The notes beneath the pieces were generated by a model. The model ran no database searches, was not told the DNA's origin, and saw only the letters and a program-made list of their open reading frames with translations. Source: Deltaproteobacteria bacterium HGW-Deltaproteobacteria-15 (GTDB lineage Bacteria > Desulfobacterota > DSM-4660 > Desulfatiglandales > HGW-15). From it: 64,000 nucleotides of DNA. How positions within the stretch are numbered: position 1 is the stretch's first letter; every line of letters starts with the position of its first letter. A program made the position numbers and the translations under genes. The stretch lies in NCBI GenBank assembly GCA_002840535.1, contig PHBH01000026.1, forward strand, positions 11,083-75,082. Direction: 5' to 3'. Shown one piece after another: positions 20,583 to 30,120 of this stretch.

Positions 20583-21710
20583 ATGAAAGGTTCAATCCAG
20601 TTCAGGAAAGATCGGGGATTGTACTATGTTAGCTGGTACGATCAGGCAAGCAAAAGACGATATAAGGTCTACAAATACAAAGGCGAGTTCCTCTATTCGG
20701 AAAAGGTTGCACAAAAGTTGCTTGCCTGTATGCAGAATGATTTCGAAAGAAAGATATTCAGGATTGAAAATTACCTAGATGATAGTGTCTCAGATGTATG
20801 TAAATATCTCGATGAATGGTTGACTACAATAAAGAGTTTTTTGAAACCCGGTACAAGTAAAGACTACGAGAATTCTGTTAGAAATTATCTAAAACCTTTC
20901 TTTGAACAAAAGAAGATAGGTTTAGCAGAAATACAATACGATACTTTGCTTGAACTAATGAATTTCATTGATAGGTCTGGTAAAGGTAGATTGAACGTTA
21001 TGTATTGTTTGCATTCCTGCTTAGACCACGCATGGAGAAGCAGAAGAATACCTAACATACCTCCATTTCCAAGAAAGAAGCAGTACAAAATCGAGAAAAA
21101 GCCGATTGTCTGGTTGCCGGAGGAAAGACAGATTGCTGTTATTAAATCCATTCCTGAAATTCATCAGCCTATTTTTTGGTGGTTGAAGTTTCATTTCAGA
21201 AGGGAAGGGGAAGCCTGTGCTCTCCGAAACGAAGATTTTGACGGAAAGATTTTCTATATTCACAGAACGGAATCAGCTAGGGTTTTCACCGATACCACCA
21301 AAACGGGAGAAATCCACAACATCGCTATGGTAGATTCTTTTAAACCTTTTCTAGAAATGGAAAAGGAGAAACAGAAGAAAATGAGCATAATTTCAAGGTA
21401 TTTTTTTGTAAATCCAGTGGGCAAGGAAGAAGGGAAACCATACCACGTTAAGACCCTAGGAGATATTTGGAACAAAGCATGTTCGGAACTAGGAGAACAT
21501 ATCAGATGCTATGCAGGGACAAAGCACTCTTCTTGCTCTCAGTTTATAAACGAAAAAGGCGGTACAGAATCAGAATTGCAGATGATAACAGATCATGCTC
21601 GATTAGAGTCTGTAAGAAACTATGCCCGAACTGAGGTAGCCAGAAGGAAAGAGCTAATGGAAAGGAAAGTTGTTTCTCTTCAACCTAAGACCATTGGAGG
21701 TAAGGCATGA
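20583..21710 (+). CDS. tyrosine integrase of island A
   Basis: Phage-integrase-type architecture. The N-terminal MKGSIQFRKDRGLYYVSWYD arm-binding-like start was chosen over the upstream TTG at 20466. C-terminal ...GTKHSSCSQF...HARLESVRNYAR. Adjacent to the 67-bp selC repeat. Confidence 0.8.
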   Translation: MKGSIQFRKDRGLYYVSWYDQASKRRYKVYKYKGEFLYSEKVAQKLLACMQNDFERKIFRIENYLDDSVSDVCKYLDEWLTTIKSFLKPGTSKDYENSVRNYLKPFFEQKKIGLAEIQYDTLLELMNFIDRSGKGRLNVMYCLHSCLDHAWRSRRIPNIPPFPRKKQYKIEKKPIVWLPEERQIAVIKSIPEIHQPIFWWLKFHFRREGEACALRNEDFDGKIFYIHRTESARVFTDTTKTGEIHNIAMVDSFKPFLEMEKEKQKKMSIISRYFFVNPVGKEEGKPYHVKTLGDIWNKACSELGEHIRCYAGTKHSSCSQFINEKGGTESELQMITDHARLESVRNYARTEVARRKELMERKVVSLQPKTIGGKA

Positions 21711-21985
21711 GTTTAATTGTTCAGGATTTAAAGGAAGGTTTCGCAGGATGTTTGGACATTCTCCAAACAATCGAGTCTCTTGATGTAATGTACGAGAGAA
21801 GAGGAGACCCTAAAATTGCTGGATTAGTGGATCTTTTGATTAGGACCTTAGCTCAGGATATTACCTCTCTTAGTCGTATCATTTCCAACAAGAGCAAAGG
21901 TGAAAAAGAAGAACCTGTATTTCCCTATTTACATGAAAAAAAGGTTCAAGCTGGTGACGCCTATCCAGACGTAAAATTTAGGTGA
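21707..21985 (+). CDS. hypothetical protein
   Basis: 92-aa ORF overlapping the integrase stop (ATGA). Confidence 0.4.
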   Translation: MSLIVQDLKEGFAGCLDILQTIESLDVMYERRGDPKIAGLVDLLIRTLAQDITSLSRIISNKSKGEKEEPVFPYLHEKKVQAGDAYPDVKFR

Positions 21986-22056
21986 AAATGAATCGGATTC
22001 GGGGAACAATCGGGGAACAAATCAGAAGTAAAAAGGTTAATGATGTTAATAGGATA

Positions 22057-22123
22057 TGGCGGAAGTGCATGGGAATCGAACCCACCTGCCAGGTTTTAGC
22101 CCGGCACACCGGATTTGAAGTCC
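22057..22123. repeat. 67-bp exact copy of the 3-prime two-thirds of tRNA-Sec (distal att repeat of island B; former selC end next to island A)
   Basis: Identical base for base to 51669-51735 (hand alignment). Includes the UCA anticodon loop region. Confidence 0.9.
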
Positions 22124-23208
22124 TATTCCCCGAATTCCCGAATACCCCTGGAAAACAAGGACCTTCCAAGAAACGCTACAGACAAGGCTTTTCGGCTTCG
22201 TTGCCGATTCCAGGGGGTTCCTGGGGGAAAGAAAAGGGGCAGTGTAACTCGGAGTGTAACCGCGAAACCGGACTGGATTTTCAATCCAGGCATCGGGTCT
22301 TGCGTGGAATGACTTAAATTTAAATACATGGGGCCTGAGTGCCAGGCTCGACTTGCCTTCTTAGGAGCAGAGTTTCCGAAAATGGGGATCACGACGGACA
22401 AGGAGTCAAACCATGCCCACCTTTCCTCGGATTCTTTCATTCCGCAAGGGGAGCGGATCGATCGTCGTCCTATATCTTTCTGGGCTAGTCGTGGTCGCCT
22501 CTCCATACCTCCATTCAGCTTCTCCTTCATTACCGGGGAGCACCAAAAAGGTTACCACTCGCCTCGCATCAAGATCAAGGACCGATAGAAGGGCTCCTCC
22601 CCCTTCTCTTTGCCCTTCCAAAACTTCCCGACACCCGAACCTCGCCGGCCGAAGGGTATCCTTCATCAGGTCGATAATGGTGTCAAACATGTTGGGCGGC
22701 CTGCATTCGGGTGATCCCAAGTTGGCCTGGAGGGAGAAGGGAATTTCCCTTGTAAGTTGTAAGTATGCTTTTTCGTGAAGGAGATGAGCGGGCGGAATCA
22801 TAGGAGGAGGATGTCAATGACTGGAAATGCACAGGGAGATACAAGCTAGACAAATGATCTATAAGCCTTTTAGGTGTATGCAGAGGATACGCACAGTGGC
22901 AAGTTGTCAAACCTCGAAGGGACATAGATTCTCTGATACAACCACTTATTATCCCAGGTCCGGAGAGGTTGCGACTCTAGAAAGGCTGTGAAGCCAAAGA
23001 TAGTGAACGTGACATTCCGATTTCCGTTGGAAGGACAGCTTATTGCGTTTCACTGTTCTTTCTGATAGGGTTCGTTTCCTATAAAATCTCAACTCTATCT
23101 CGGGCTGATCCGACAACCCGATCGCCAAAAAGGAGGACGCAGCTTCAATGCAGTTTCCGGACAATTTTCCATGACCGCTGGGCTGGGATAGGGTAAACGG
23201 GGGCTAGT

Positions 23209-24924
23209 ATGCACAAGGTCATAGCATCGTACCTTGAAACGTTTTCAGTTCATCATGGCATTGAATCATTGGTCGAATCCGAACGCTTCGAACGCTTCGT
23301 CAACTTCGCTGTCGTCTCCTCTTTCTTTCCAGACCAGTTCGATATCGACGACATCACTACCGGGACCGGGGATGATTCGATAGACGGTGTCGCCGTCATT
23401 ATTGGCGACGAACTTGTCGTTTCGGCGGACGACGCTAGCAGCGTCTTCGCTCGCCTTCGTCCACGGCAGCAGGTCCCAGCCCGCTACATCTTTGTCCAAG
23501 CTAAGCGTTCGGAATCCTTTGATGCGGGTGAAATGCTGAAACTCGGGTCCGGCGTCCAACGTATTTTGACAGACGCGGATGGAGGCCCAAGCGATGATGT
23601 GCTTAAAGACTTTTTGAAAATACACGAAGTCGTAGTCGCGAATCTCGCCAAAGTTGAGAATGGACGATCAGACGCTCTGCTATTTTATGTGACGACCGGA
23701 ACCTGGCATGAGGACAACGGCCTCCGGCCGCAACTCAGATATGTCGAAACTCAGCTAAAATCAACTGGACTACTTCATTCAATCACCTACGAACCGGTGG
23801 ATCGAGAGAAACTCATCCGCTTCTGGCTCATGTCTCAGGCTCCAGTCGAAGCGACATTTCCCGCCAAGAATTACATAGCCTTCCCTGCGATTGAAGGTGT
23901 AACTGAAGCCTATTTAGCCATAGTCCCAGCGCTCGAGTTTGTAAATAGAGTACTAGCAGACGACGAAGGTCGAATCAGAGCCTCAGTCTTTGATCAGAAT
24001 GTACGAGCGTATCTTGGCGATGACAATCGGGTCAACGTGAAGATTCGAGCGTCTCTTCAAGATAAAAGCGCTCACGACAGGTTCGCAGTCCTGAATAATG
24101 GAGTAACCGTAGTCTCTCCCGACGTCAGAGTCCAGTCCGATAGAATCTCTGTAAAAGACTATCAGATAGTCAACGGATGCCAGACCAGTCACGTCCTCTT
24201 TCGCAATCGAGAAGCACTTACCGATAAGGTGTTCGTGCCAGTTCGAGTAGTTGAAGCAGCCGACCCGGGCCTCATCGCCCGTATGGTCGAGGCTACCAAT
24301 AGCCAGAGCAACGTTGAGGAATCTCAGTTCCTGTCAACTCGTCCTTTTGTGCGCCAAGTAGAAGCTTATTTTGATGCTTTCGATAACGAGGAAGACCGCG
24401 ATCGACGATTGTACTTTGAGCGCCGTACTCGCCAGTTCTCAGGGCACAACATCGCCCGTGCAAGACTATTCGATATTCAGCGCCTCGCCAGGTGTTTCGC
24501 TTCGATGTTCTTGGAGGTGCCGCACCTCGCCGCCCGCTATCCAACCCAGACATTCCAAGAAAGAGCGGACCAACTCTTCCAGTCAGACCATCGAGAAGTC
24601 TCGTACTACGCGGCGGCACTCGCTCTCTACCGTCTGGAGTTGTCCCTTGGAAACCAGTATGTTCCGCGAAAATATCAGATATTCAAATGGCATCTCCTTC
24701 TTATCGTTCGGTATCAGTTAGCTGGGCGTGAGCTTCCGGGGCTCAATTCCGGCCGGCTTGAGAAGTACTGTGCCCGTATCATTGATGCCTTTTCGCCAGG
24801 AGGGAAGACCTCAGCCACTCCGTTCCTGGAAGCCACCAAAGTCATAGATGCACTCGGCAATGCAAATCGTGACCGTCTGCGTCAACAAAAGTACACAGAG
24901 GAAGTGAAGAAGGCACTCGCCTAG
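23209..24924 (+). CDS. AIPR-family (abortive-infection phage-resistance) protein
   Basis: N-terminal ERFERFVNF...GDDSIDGV block and central LNNGVTVV...YQIVNGCQTSHVLF motif characteristic of AIPR proteins. Confidence 0.8.
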   Translation: MHKVIASYLETFSVHHGIESLVESERFERFVNFAVVSSFFPDQFDIDDITTGTGDDSIDGVAVIIGDELVVSADDASSVFARLRPRQQVPARYIFVQAKRSESFDAGEMLKLGSGVQRILTDADGGPSDDVLKDFLKIHEVVVANLAKVENGRSDALLFYVTTGTWHEDNGLRPQLRYVETQLKSTGLLHSITYEPVDREKLIRFWLMSQAPVEATFPAKNYIAFPAIEGVTEAYLAIVPALEFVNRVLADDEGRIRASVFDQNVRAYLGDDNRVNVKIRASLQDKSAHDRFAVLNNGVTVVSPDVRVQSDRISVKDYQIVNGCQTSHVLFRNREALTDKVFVPVRVVEAADPGLIARMVEATNSQSNVEESQFLSTRPFVRQVEAYFDAFDNEEDRDRRLYFERRTRQFSGHNIARARLFDIQRLARCFASMFLEVPHLAARYPTQTFQERADQLFQSDHREVSYYAAALALYRLELSLGNQYVPRKYQIFKWHLLLIVRYQLAGRELPGLNSGRLEKYCARIIDAFSPGGKTSATPFLEATKVIDALGNANRDRLRQQKYTEEVKKALA

Positions 24925-25075
24925 ATGCGGCCCACCGGAAGGGCTTCGCTGGTGATGCCGAACAGTCCTGAGAACCGTTACGTAGGCCGGCGGTTTCGCG
25001 AACGCCATGGGCTAGCGCTGGTTAGACACGGAAACGTTGGATTGGACAACCCCTTTGACGGATGTCGATTGACAG

Positions 25076-25828
25076 GTGATGGCAGTGCATCATAAGAAAG
25101 ATGGGTCGTTCGATAAGCTTAGTGGTTTTCTGAGCAGTGTTCGTAAGGCATGCATTAAGAAATCATCCCTTTTGGCTTTTAACGATAAGGATTTCGCCAA
25201 TGGTTACACGATCTGTCTTTACTCAATTGTCATTGAACTGGCGGGCGACTGCTGTCATGCGGTTAAGGCCAGGAAAGAACGTGCATCATACGTACTGACA
25301 AGAGCCTTACTTGAGGCCGTCGTCGATCTATTCAACGTCATCAAGAACCCCAAATATGTTCATACCCGGTTTCAAAGGGCGCTGGTTGAAAGAAAGAAGA
25401 AGCTCACCTACCTCCAAGAAAAGGAACCAGGACTTATCTCGAGAGGCGGACGGGACGTCAACTATGTAGATGCCGCAATCCGTAAAATCGACAATCTTAG
25501 AGATACTCACATCGAGCAGCCAAATATCAGGAACCGGTTTCGTGATGCGGATATGGAAGGCTACTATGATACTGCATATTCTCTATTGTGTGATTTCTGC
25601 CACCTTGATGCCAGCACCTTATTGAGCAGGCCAGTCGGGCTAAAGGTTAGTCCACTTGATGACATAAGCCTCCTAATGTTAAGTGATCTTATTGCTGAAC
25701 TGCTGCTGGATTCAACAATTGCCATTCATGAGATGCTTGGCTCTAAGAAATCGAAAGAGATTGAAGAACTGAAGTCCAGATGGAAAGCTGTGTACAGCCA
25801 ACAAGCGGCTACGATAGGACCTCGCTAA
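25076..25828 (+). CDS. helical hypothetical protein downstream of AIPR
   Basis: 250-aa ORF (GTG, or ATG 3 nt later). Predicted helical. No confident family. Confidence 0.5.
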   Translation: MMAVHHKKDGSFDKLSGFLSSVRKACIKKSSLLAFNDKDFANGYTICLYSIVIELAGDCCHAVKARKERASYVLTRALLEAVVDLFNVIKNPKYVHTRFQRALVERKKKLTYLQEKEPGLISRGGRDVNYVDAAIRKIDNLRDTHIEQPNIRNRFRDADMEGYYDTAYSLLCDFCHLDASTLLSRPVGLKVSPLDDISLLMLSDLIAELLLDSTIAIHEMLGSKKSKEIEELKSRWKAVYSQQAATIGPR

Positions 25829-26254
25829 TGCTCGGCTGCTGAACCGTGGTATGCAATTAGCCCGATATCCCCTCCATGTCTGCATTCGTCCCTGTTTTTG
25901 GATTTCTGCTCTTCCCGGGTTAAACCCCACTTGCAATGGGGATACCCACTTGGTATTACAGGTTTTGTGGTGATCCGAAACCTGGTTTCGTGGCAAGCTG
26001 TCTCAGATTTTAAAGGAGCTTGATTCTTTGTCATATCAATTTTCCATCTCAGGTCCGGAAGGATTGTGATCAGTGAGTCGTGCCGAACACTCTGGTGCCA
26101 GAAGTCGTGACATATAAGTGTGCTATCAATGCAGAAACACCGTCTTCCTGATTTCATTGGTAAAACGGTCTCTTGTATTCTCACTTCTTTTTTGATAGGG
26201 TTCCTTTCCCATAGAACAGCACTCGGTTTTCGGCTTTCAAAATGCTTGGGAAGT

Positions 26255-26434
26255 AAGACATGTCGGGTGCATACCTTCCGCCACTCCTTTGCCACTCACC
26301 TGCTCACAGGCGGGTATGACATATGGATGATCCAGGAACTCCTGGGGCACAAAGACGTCAGCACCACGATGATCTACACCCATATTCTGAGCAAGCGAGG
26401 CCATGGAGCACGAAGCCTGGTCGATGAGTCTTGA
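26255..26434 (+). pseudogene. C-terminal remnant of a tyrosine recombinase (integron-integrase/XerD-like)
   Basis: Only [40 protein letters not shown]...GARSLVD is recognisable. The upstream part of ORF 26120-26434 has no recombinase features, and the N-terminal domains are absent. Confidence 0.7.
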
Positions 26435-26621
26435 TTCAGTTTATACGGTCTGTATATCCCGGAAGCCCTAAGATGAGTGATCCTTACAACCGTGCGAAAT
26501 AGGAGACGTTTCTGGATCCCAGGCGAGGTGCCGTGCCGTCTTATACAGAAAGGGATAGCGGCGCCCGCCGTCTTATACGGAATGTATATTTTTAGTTATA
26601 CCAAGGACCAGAAGGAAAGAG

Positions 26622-27221
26622 ATGTCGATCATGTGTGATCGGTTGGAATGTAGTTCAAGCAGAAGGCATGCCGCAATCGTGGCGTTAGCATTGCTCTGCT
26701 ACGTGGTCAATGCCCATTGTGCAATGGCGGCCGAGAGAAATTTTGATGCTCTGTCCTTTTTCGAATGGAACACGACCTTTTTCCAAGAGTTTAGCTCGTT
26801 TAGGAAGCAGTGGTTCAGTGTCGAAGATCGCATCTCGAGTATCAAAGGCGAATATGAACCATTCGACTGGAAGGCGGTCCGAAATAGCGCCAAGGACGTA
26901 GTTGCAAGGCATGAGCACTTAATGGTGAAGTTTGCTCGAGATTGTAGGGCAGCCAAAGCTAAGCTGTCCCCAGCTGAGAGCGGGCCGGCAGAACGCGCAA
27001 TCCAACTTATGCTCGAATACCTCGATAGCGTAGGTCTCGTGGTGCTAAAACTTTACGAGATTACCGAGAAACTCCATGGAAAAACTTTGGATCCCTATTC
27101 CTACACGATGGAGAACTACAACGCCGACTTCCGGGAGTTCAAAGATCTAAACGCTCGATTTGAAAGTAAGGGAAAGGATGTCAACCTGCTGCTATACGGC
27201 AAGGCATCACCGGGAAAGTAG
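26622..27221 (+). CDS. hypothetical protein with hydrophobic N-terminus
   Basis: 199-aa ORF after GGAAAGAG. AIVALALLCYVVNAHCAMA leader-like segment. Confidence 0.5.
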   Translation: MSIMCDRLECSSSRRHAAIVALALLCYVVNAHCAMAAERNFDALSFFEWNTTFFQEFSSFRKQWFSVEDRISSIKGEYEPFDWKAVRNSAKDVVARHEHLMVKFARDCRAAKAKLSPAESGPAERAIQLMLEYLDSVGLVVLKLYEITEKLHGKTLDPYSYTMENYNADFREFKDLNARFESKGKDVNLLLYGKASPGK

Positions 27222-27312
27222 GTAACCGAAAAAGGCATAACGAACGGCTGCACAAGGACCGCTCGTTATACTCGCGGCCTGTGAGCCGTGGTGTGGGCCA
27301 TAAGGAGATAAG

Positions 27313-28089
27313 ATGAAATTCAGCTATTACGATTTAGGAAATCGTTCGGGTGGCGAAATCGTCGAGGTGACTTTATCTGGCAATGCTGCGAACGTTTTCC
27401 TTGTTGATAGTTCGAATTTCAGTTCCTACAAGTCTGGACGTCGCTACACGTATTATGGCGGCAATGCAAGGCGCTCACCCGTGCGGCTCCCAATCCCTCG
27501 ATCCGGGCATTGGTATCTCGTGATCGATCTCGGAGGGTATTCCGGATCTGTTAGGCATTCAATGCGAATATTGCCTGGGCCTCTGCAACCGTTGCGGGAT
27601 ATACCTCTTTCCTCTGTTCCTTCACTGGTGCAACCCAGCCGCGACGATATGTCAGCACCTGGCCAAGATGACCGGGAGTTTGACGTTTTCATTTCGCATG
27701 CATCTGAAGACAAAGACGCTGTTGCAAGACCTCTGGCGGCGGCGCTTCAAGGCGGTGGCCTTCGAGTCTGGTATGACGAGTTTGAGTTAAGAATCGGCGA
27801 TAGTCTTCGTCGTAAGATAGACAAGGGCTTAGCCAGCAGCCGCTTTGGGGTAGTCATACTATCGAAATCCTTTTTTGATAAAGGTTGGCCGAACTATGAA
27901 CTGGACGGTCTGGTGACACGTGCAGTTGGTGGCGAACAGGTGATTCTGCCGATCTGGCATGACATTACAAAGCAAGAACTCATCAATTACAGTCCGTCAC
28001 TTGCTGACAAGGTAGCTCGCAGTACGGCGACGCATACAATAGAAGAGATAGCTGCAGAGATTATCGAGGTGATTAAAAATGTAGGATAG
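27313..28089 (+). CDS. DUF1883-like N-terminal domain fused to a TIR domain
   Basis: AAGGAG before the ATG. N-terminus FSYYDLGNRSGGEIVEVTLSGNAANVFLVDSSNF...YYGG...GHWYLVIDLGG. C-terminus FDVFISHASEDKD...RVWYDEFELRIGDSL...VVILSKSFFDKGWPNYELDGL, with the conserved TIR Glu present. Confidence 0.85.
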   Translation: MKFSYYDLGNRSGGEIVEVTLSGNAANVFLVDSSNFSSYKSGRRYTYYGGNARRSPVRLPIPRSGHWYLVIDLGGYSGSVRHSMRILPGPLQPLRDIPLSSVPSLVQPSRDDMSAPGQDDREFDVFISHASEDKDAVARPLAAALQGGGLRVWYDEFELRIGDSLRRKIDKGLASSRFGVVILSKSFFDKGWPNYELDGLVTRAVGGEQVILPIWHDITKQELINYSPSLADKVARSTATHTIEEIAAEIIEVIKNVG

Positions 28090-28111
28090 GCCCGACCTGA
28101 CGTTTCACCGG

Positions 28112-28798
28112 ATGGCTTCGCTACCGGTGAGCTTGGCGGTTATGCTTATGAATGAAAATCGCTTGCGCAGATACATAAGCTTACCGGTTCTCTTCGATAT
28201 GCTCGTCAACAAGAGGATCACTCTTCTGGATCCTGCATCATGGGAGGATCGTAATGATTCATTCTACGTGGAAAAATATCGTGAGATAAAGCAACTCCGA
28301 ACCCTACTGGCGCTGTGTTTCACTACGAAGCCTGAAACTTTTCATCACTGGAAAGTTTTTGCTGGGAACTCGGGTGGTGTGTGCGTTCGTTTCAACGCAG
28401 AGAACCTACTCTCATCGTTCAGCAATACACGGGGAATAAAGACTGGCACTGTAATTTATCGGCGCATGCGGGATCTCAAGAAAAATCCTCCTGCAGTGGA
28501 CGAGCTTCCGTTTCTTAAACGCAAGCAATATGAAGATGAAGCCGAATTCAGGATAATTTACGAGGACAAAGGAAAGACGTACCATGTGAGAAGCTTTGAA
28601 ATCGATCTTCGGTGCGTTGAGAAAATAACATTGAGCCCCTGGCTCCCTTCCTCAGTATCCAAAACGACCAAAGAAATCATTCAAAGGATTCCAGGTTGCG
28701 GATCAATAGCACTCATAAGAACTGGGGTGGTTGAAAGTTCGGAGTGGCAGAACATCATAAATAACTTGCAAAAAAGGCGCTTAAAAGGGACGCAGTAA
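28112..28798 (+). CDS. DUF2971-like protein
   Basis: N-terminal RRYISLPVLFDMLVNKRITLLDPASWEDRNDSF resembles the DUF2971 signature. Starts 22 nt after the TIR gene. The true start may be an internal Met. Confidence 0.6.
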   Translation: MASLPVSLAVMLMNENRLRRYISLPVLFDMLVNKRITLLDPASWEDRNDSFYVEKYREIKQLRTLLALCFTTKPETFHHWKVFAGNSGGVCVRFNAENLLSSFSNTRGIKTGTVIYRRMRDLKKNPPAVDELPFLKRKQYEDEAEFRIIYEDKGKTYHVRSFEIDLRCVEKITLSPWLPSSVSKTTKEIIQRIPGCGSIALIRTGVVESSEWQNIINNLQKRRLKGTQ

Positions 28799-28858
28799 AA
28801 AACCGCCGGCCGCGCCCCCTTTACTTTTTGTTGGGCTCCGCTAAGAAAGTAATGGTGT

Positions 28859-29851
28859 ATGAAGGCACAAGATTCGTTAGAGGAAATATTTGATCTAGAA
28901 GCAGCCGTCAAGGCATTGTGTGGAATTTTCCAAGAGGTTGACCGCGTATACATTTTTGGGTCAAGGCGCTTTGACACAAAGAGCTCCCGCTCCGACATAG
29001 ATATTTTGCTTGAGTGCAATAGCCGCATAAAGAAATCAAAGCTTCGTGACTTCATCATTAAGCATCGAGCAGCATTAGATCTTTTCGTCCTCGAAGAAGG
29101 TCGTGCCGAGAGTGTCGCAAACGAGAGTTTTATCACCGCCGCGAGTAATCATGATCTCATTGCTCAACTTAGTGCCGTCGAGCTTTATTCAAGAAGATCA
29201 GGCTCTAGTGAGTTCTTGCGCCAAAACAAACACCTCTCCATAGATCGACGAGTTGACTTTAAGATCACAGTTCTCCCTGGTAAGTCTTCTGAGTATTACG
29301 AAATAGCTGCTCTAAGAAAATTCTTCCATACTGCTCAAGAGCATGGGCTCCCTGCTCGCCCCTATATTGGCATATCCTCAGTTGAGGCAGGTGAGTTCAT
29401 AATTTCTATAATTCGTGCAATTCCATCAGCAAACAGGATGGTTACCAATTATGGTTTAGCCAAGTCAGGCTGGACTGTAAAGATTGCCAGCGAGTACGAC
29501 TTTCAGAATCTATTCTGGATCACGATCAAGCCGTGGCTTCCAGGCCTTTCGCGAGAAGAGGTCACGATCACCTATGATGGGAAAGAAAAGAGAGCGGACT
29601 TCAACCTCTTCGGAAATCAATTAATCATTGAATTGAAGCATATTAAGGACGATGGTGATGTACGGGAGACTGTAAAGACTTTGGCTGGCTTATCAGAGTT
29701 CTACTCGCGTCACCCGAATGTGCGATTTCTGATTTTTGCCCTCTTAGTTGATGCGCAAGTTCAACTGGACGATCGAAAATGGGAGCAAGACTACTCTTAC
29801 AGCGCACACCTACCAATCGTCCAAACTGTTATCGTGAGGAACAACGCCTGA
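28859..29851 (+). CDS. minimal nucleotidyltransferase fused to a PD-(D/E)xK-like nuclease domain
   Basis: N-terminal Pol-beta-type NTase motif IFGSRRF...SRSDIDILL. C-terminal EYDFQ...RADFNLFGNQLIIELKH fits a D...ExK nuclease core. Confidence 0.65.
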   Translation: MKAQDSLEEIFDLEAAVKALCGIFQEVDRVYIFGSRRFDTKSSRSDIDILLECNSRIKKSKLRDFIIKHRAALDLFVLEEGRAESVANESFITAASNHDLIAQLSAVELYSRRSGSSEFLRQNKHLSIDRRVDFKITVLPGKSSEYYEIAALRKFFHTAQEHGLPARPYIGISSVEAGEFIISIIRAIPSANRMVTNYGLAKSGWTVKIASEYDFQNLFWITIKPWLPGLSREEVTITYDGKEKRADFNLFGNQLIIELKHIKDDGDVRETVKTLAGLSEFYSRHPNVRFLIFALLVDAQVQLDDRKWEQDYSYSAHLPIVQTVIVRNNA

Positions 29852-30120
29852 ATTAATGGGCCAACAAGGGCATGCGCGAGGACACGAAACCACGCAGTGC
29901 ATATTGGTTGGCATTTCTTCAGCCTTTTTGGCCGCGTGGTTCTGTGTCTCTTTACACTTTTACCTCGTTGTGGCTTGTTCTGCCACACAAAGGTCTCGGA
30001 GACATGACAACCAATTCCTTTCGATGACCTCTTATAATTCCTCGGGCTAGGCGGACCAGCCGAAGAGAGGTGACCCTGCCACTGGAAGGCACCTCTCAGG
30101 GACCGCTGAGGGAGTGGATT

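Larger units (their letters stand above)
11953..22056. mobile_element. AT-rich integrative island A (selC-targeting, integrase at right end)
   Basis: Bounded by the 24-bp and 67-bp selC-derived direct repeats. Base composition shifts abruptly at both edges (by eye). The integrase at 20583-21710 reads toward the right repeat. Confidence 0.7.

Noticed and set aside
22406-22801. 131-aa minus-strand ORF in the gene-poor edge of island B.
   Set aside because: It has no RBS and no recognisable motif, and it is overlapped by equally long ORFs in other frames. Treated as non-coding or decayed.
26255-29900. Possible integron: an integrase fragment followed by a row of same-strand cassettes.
   Set aside because: The geometry is wrong. 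The genes lie downstream of the integrase 3-prime end rather than divergent from its 5-prime end. The intergenic hairpins (for example 27236-27270) do not fit attC R-box consensus. No attI is evident.
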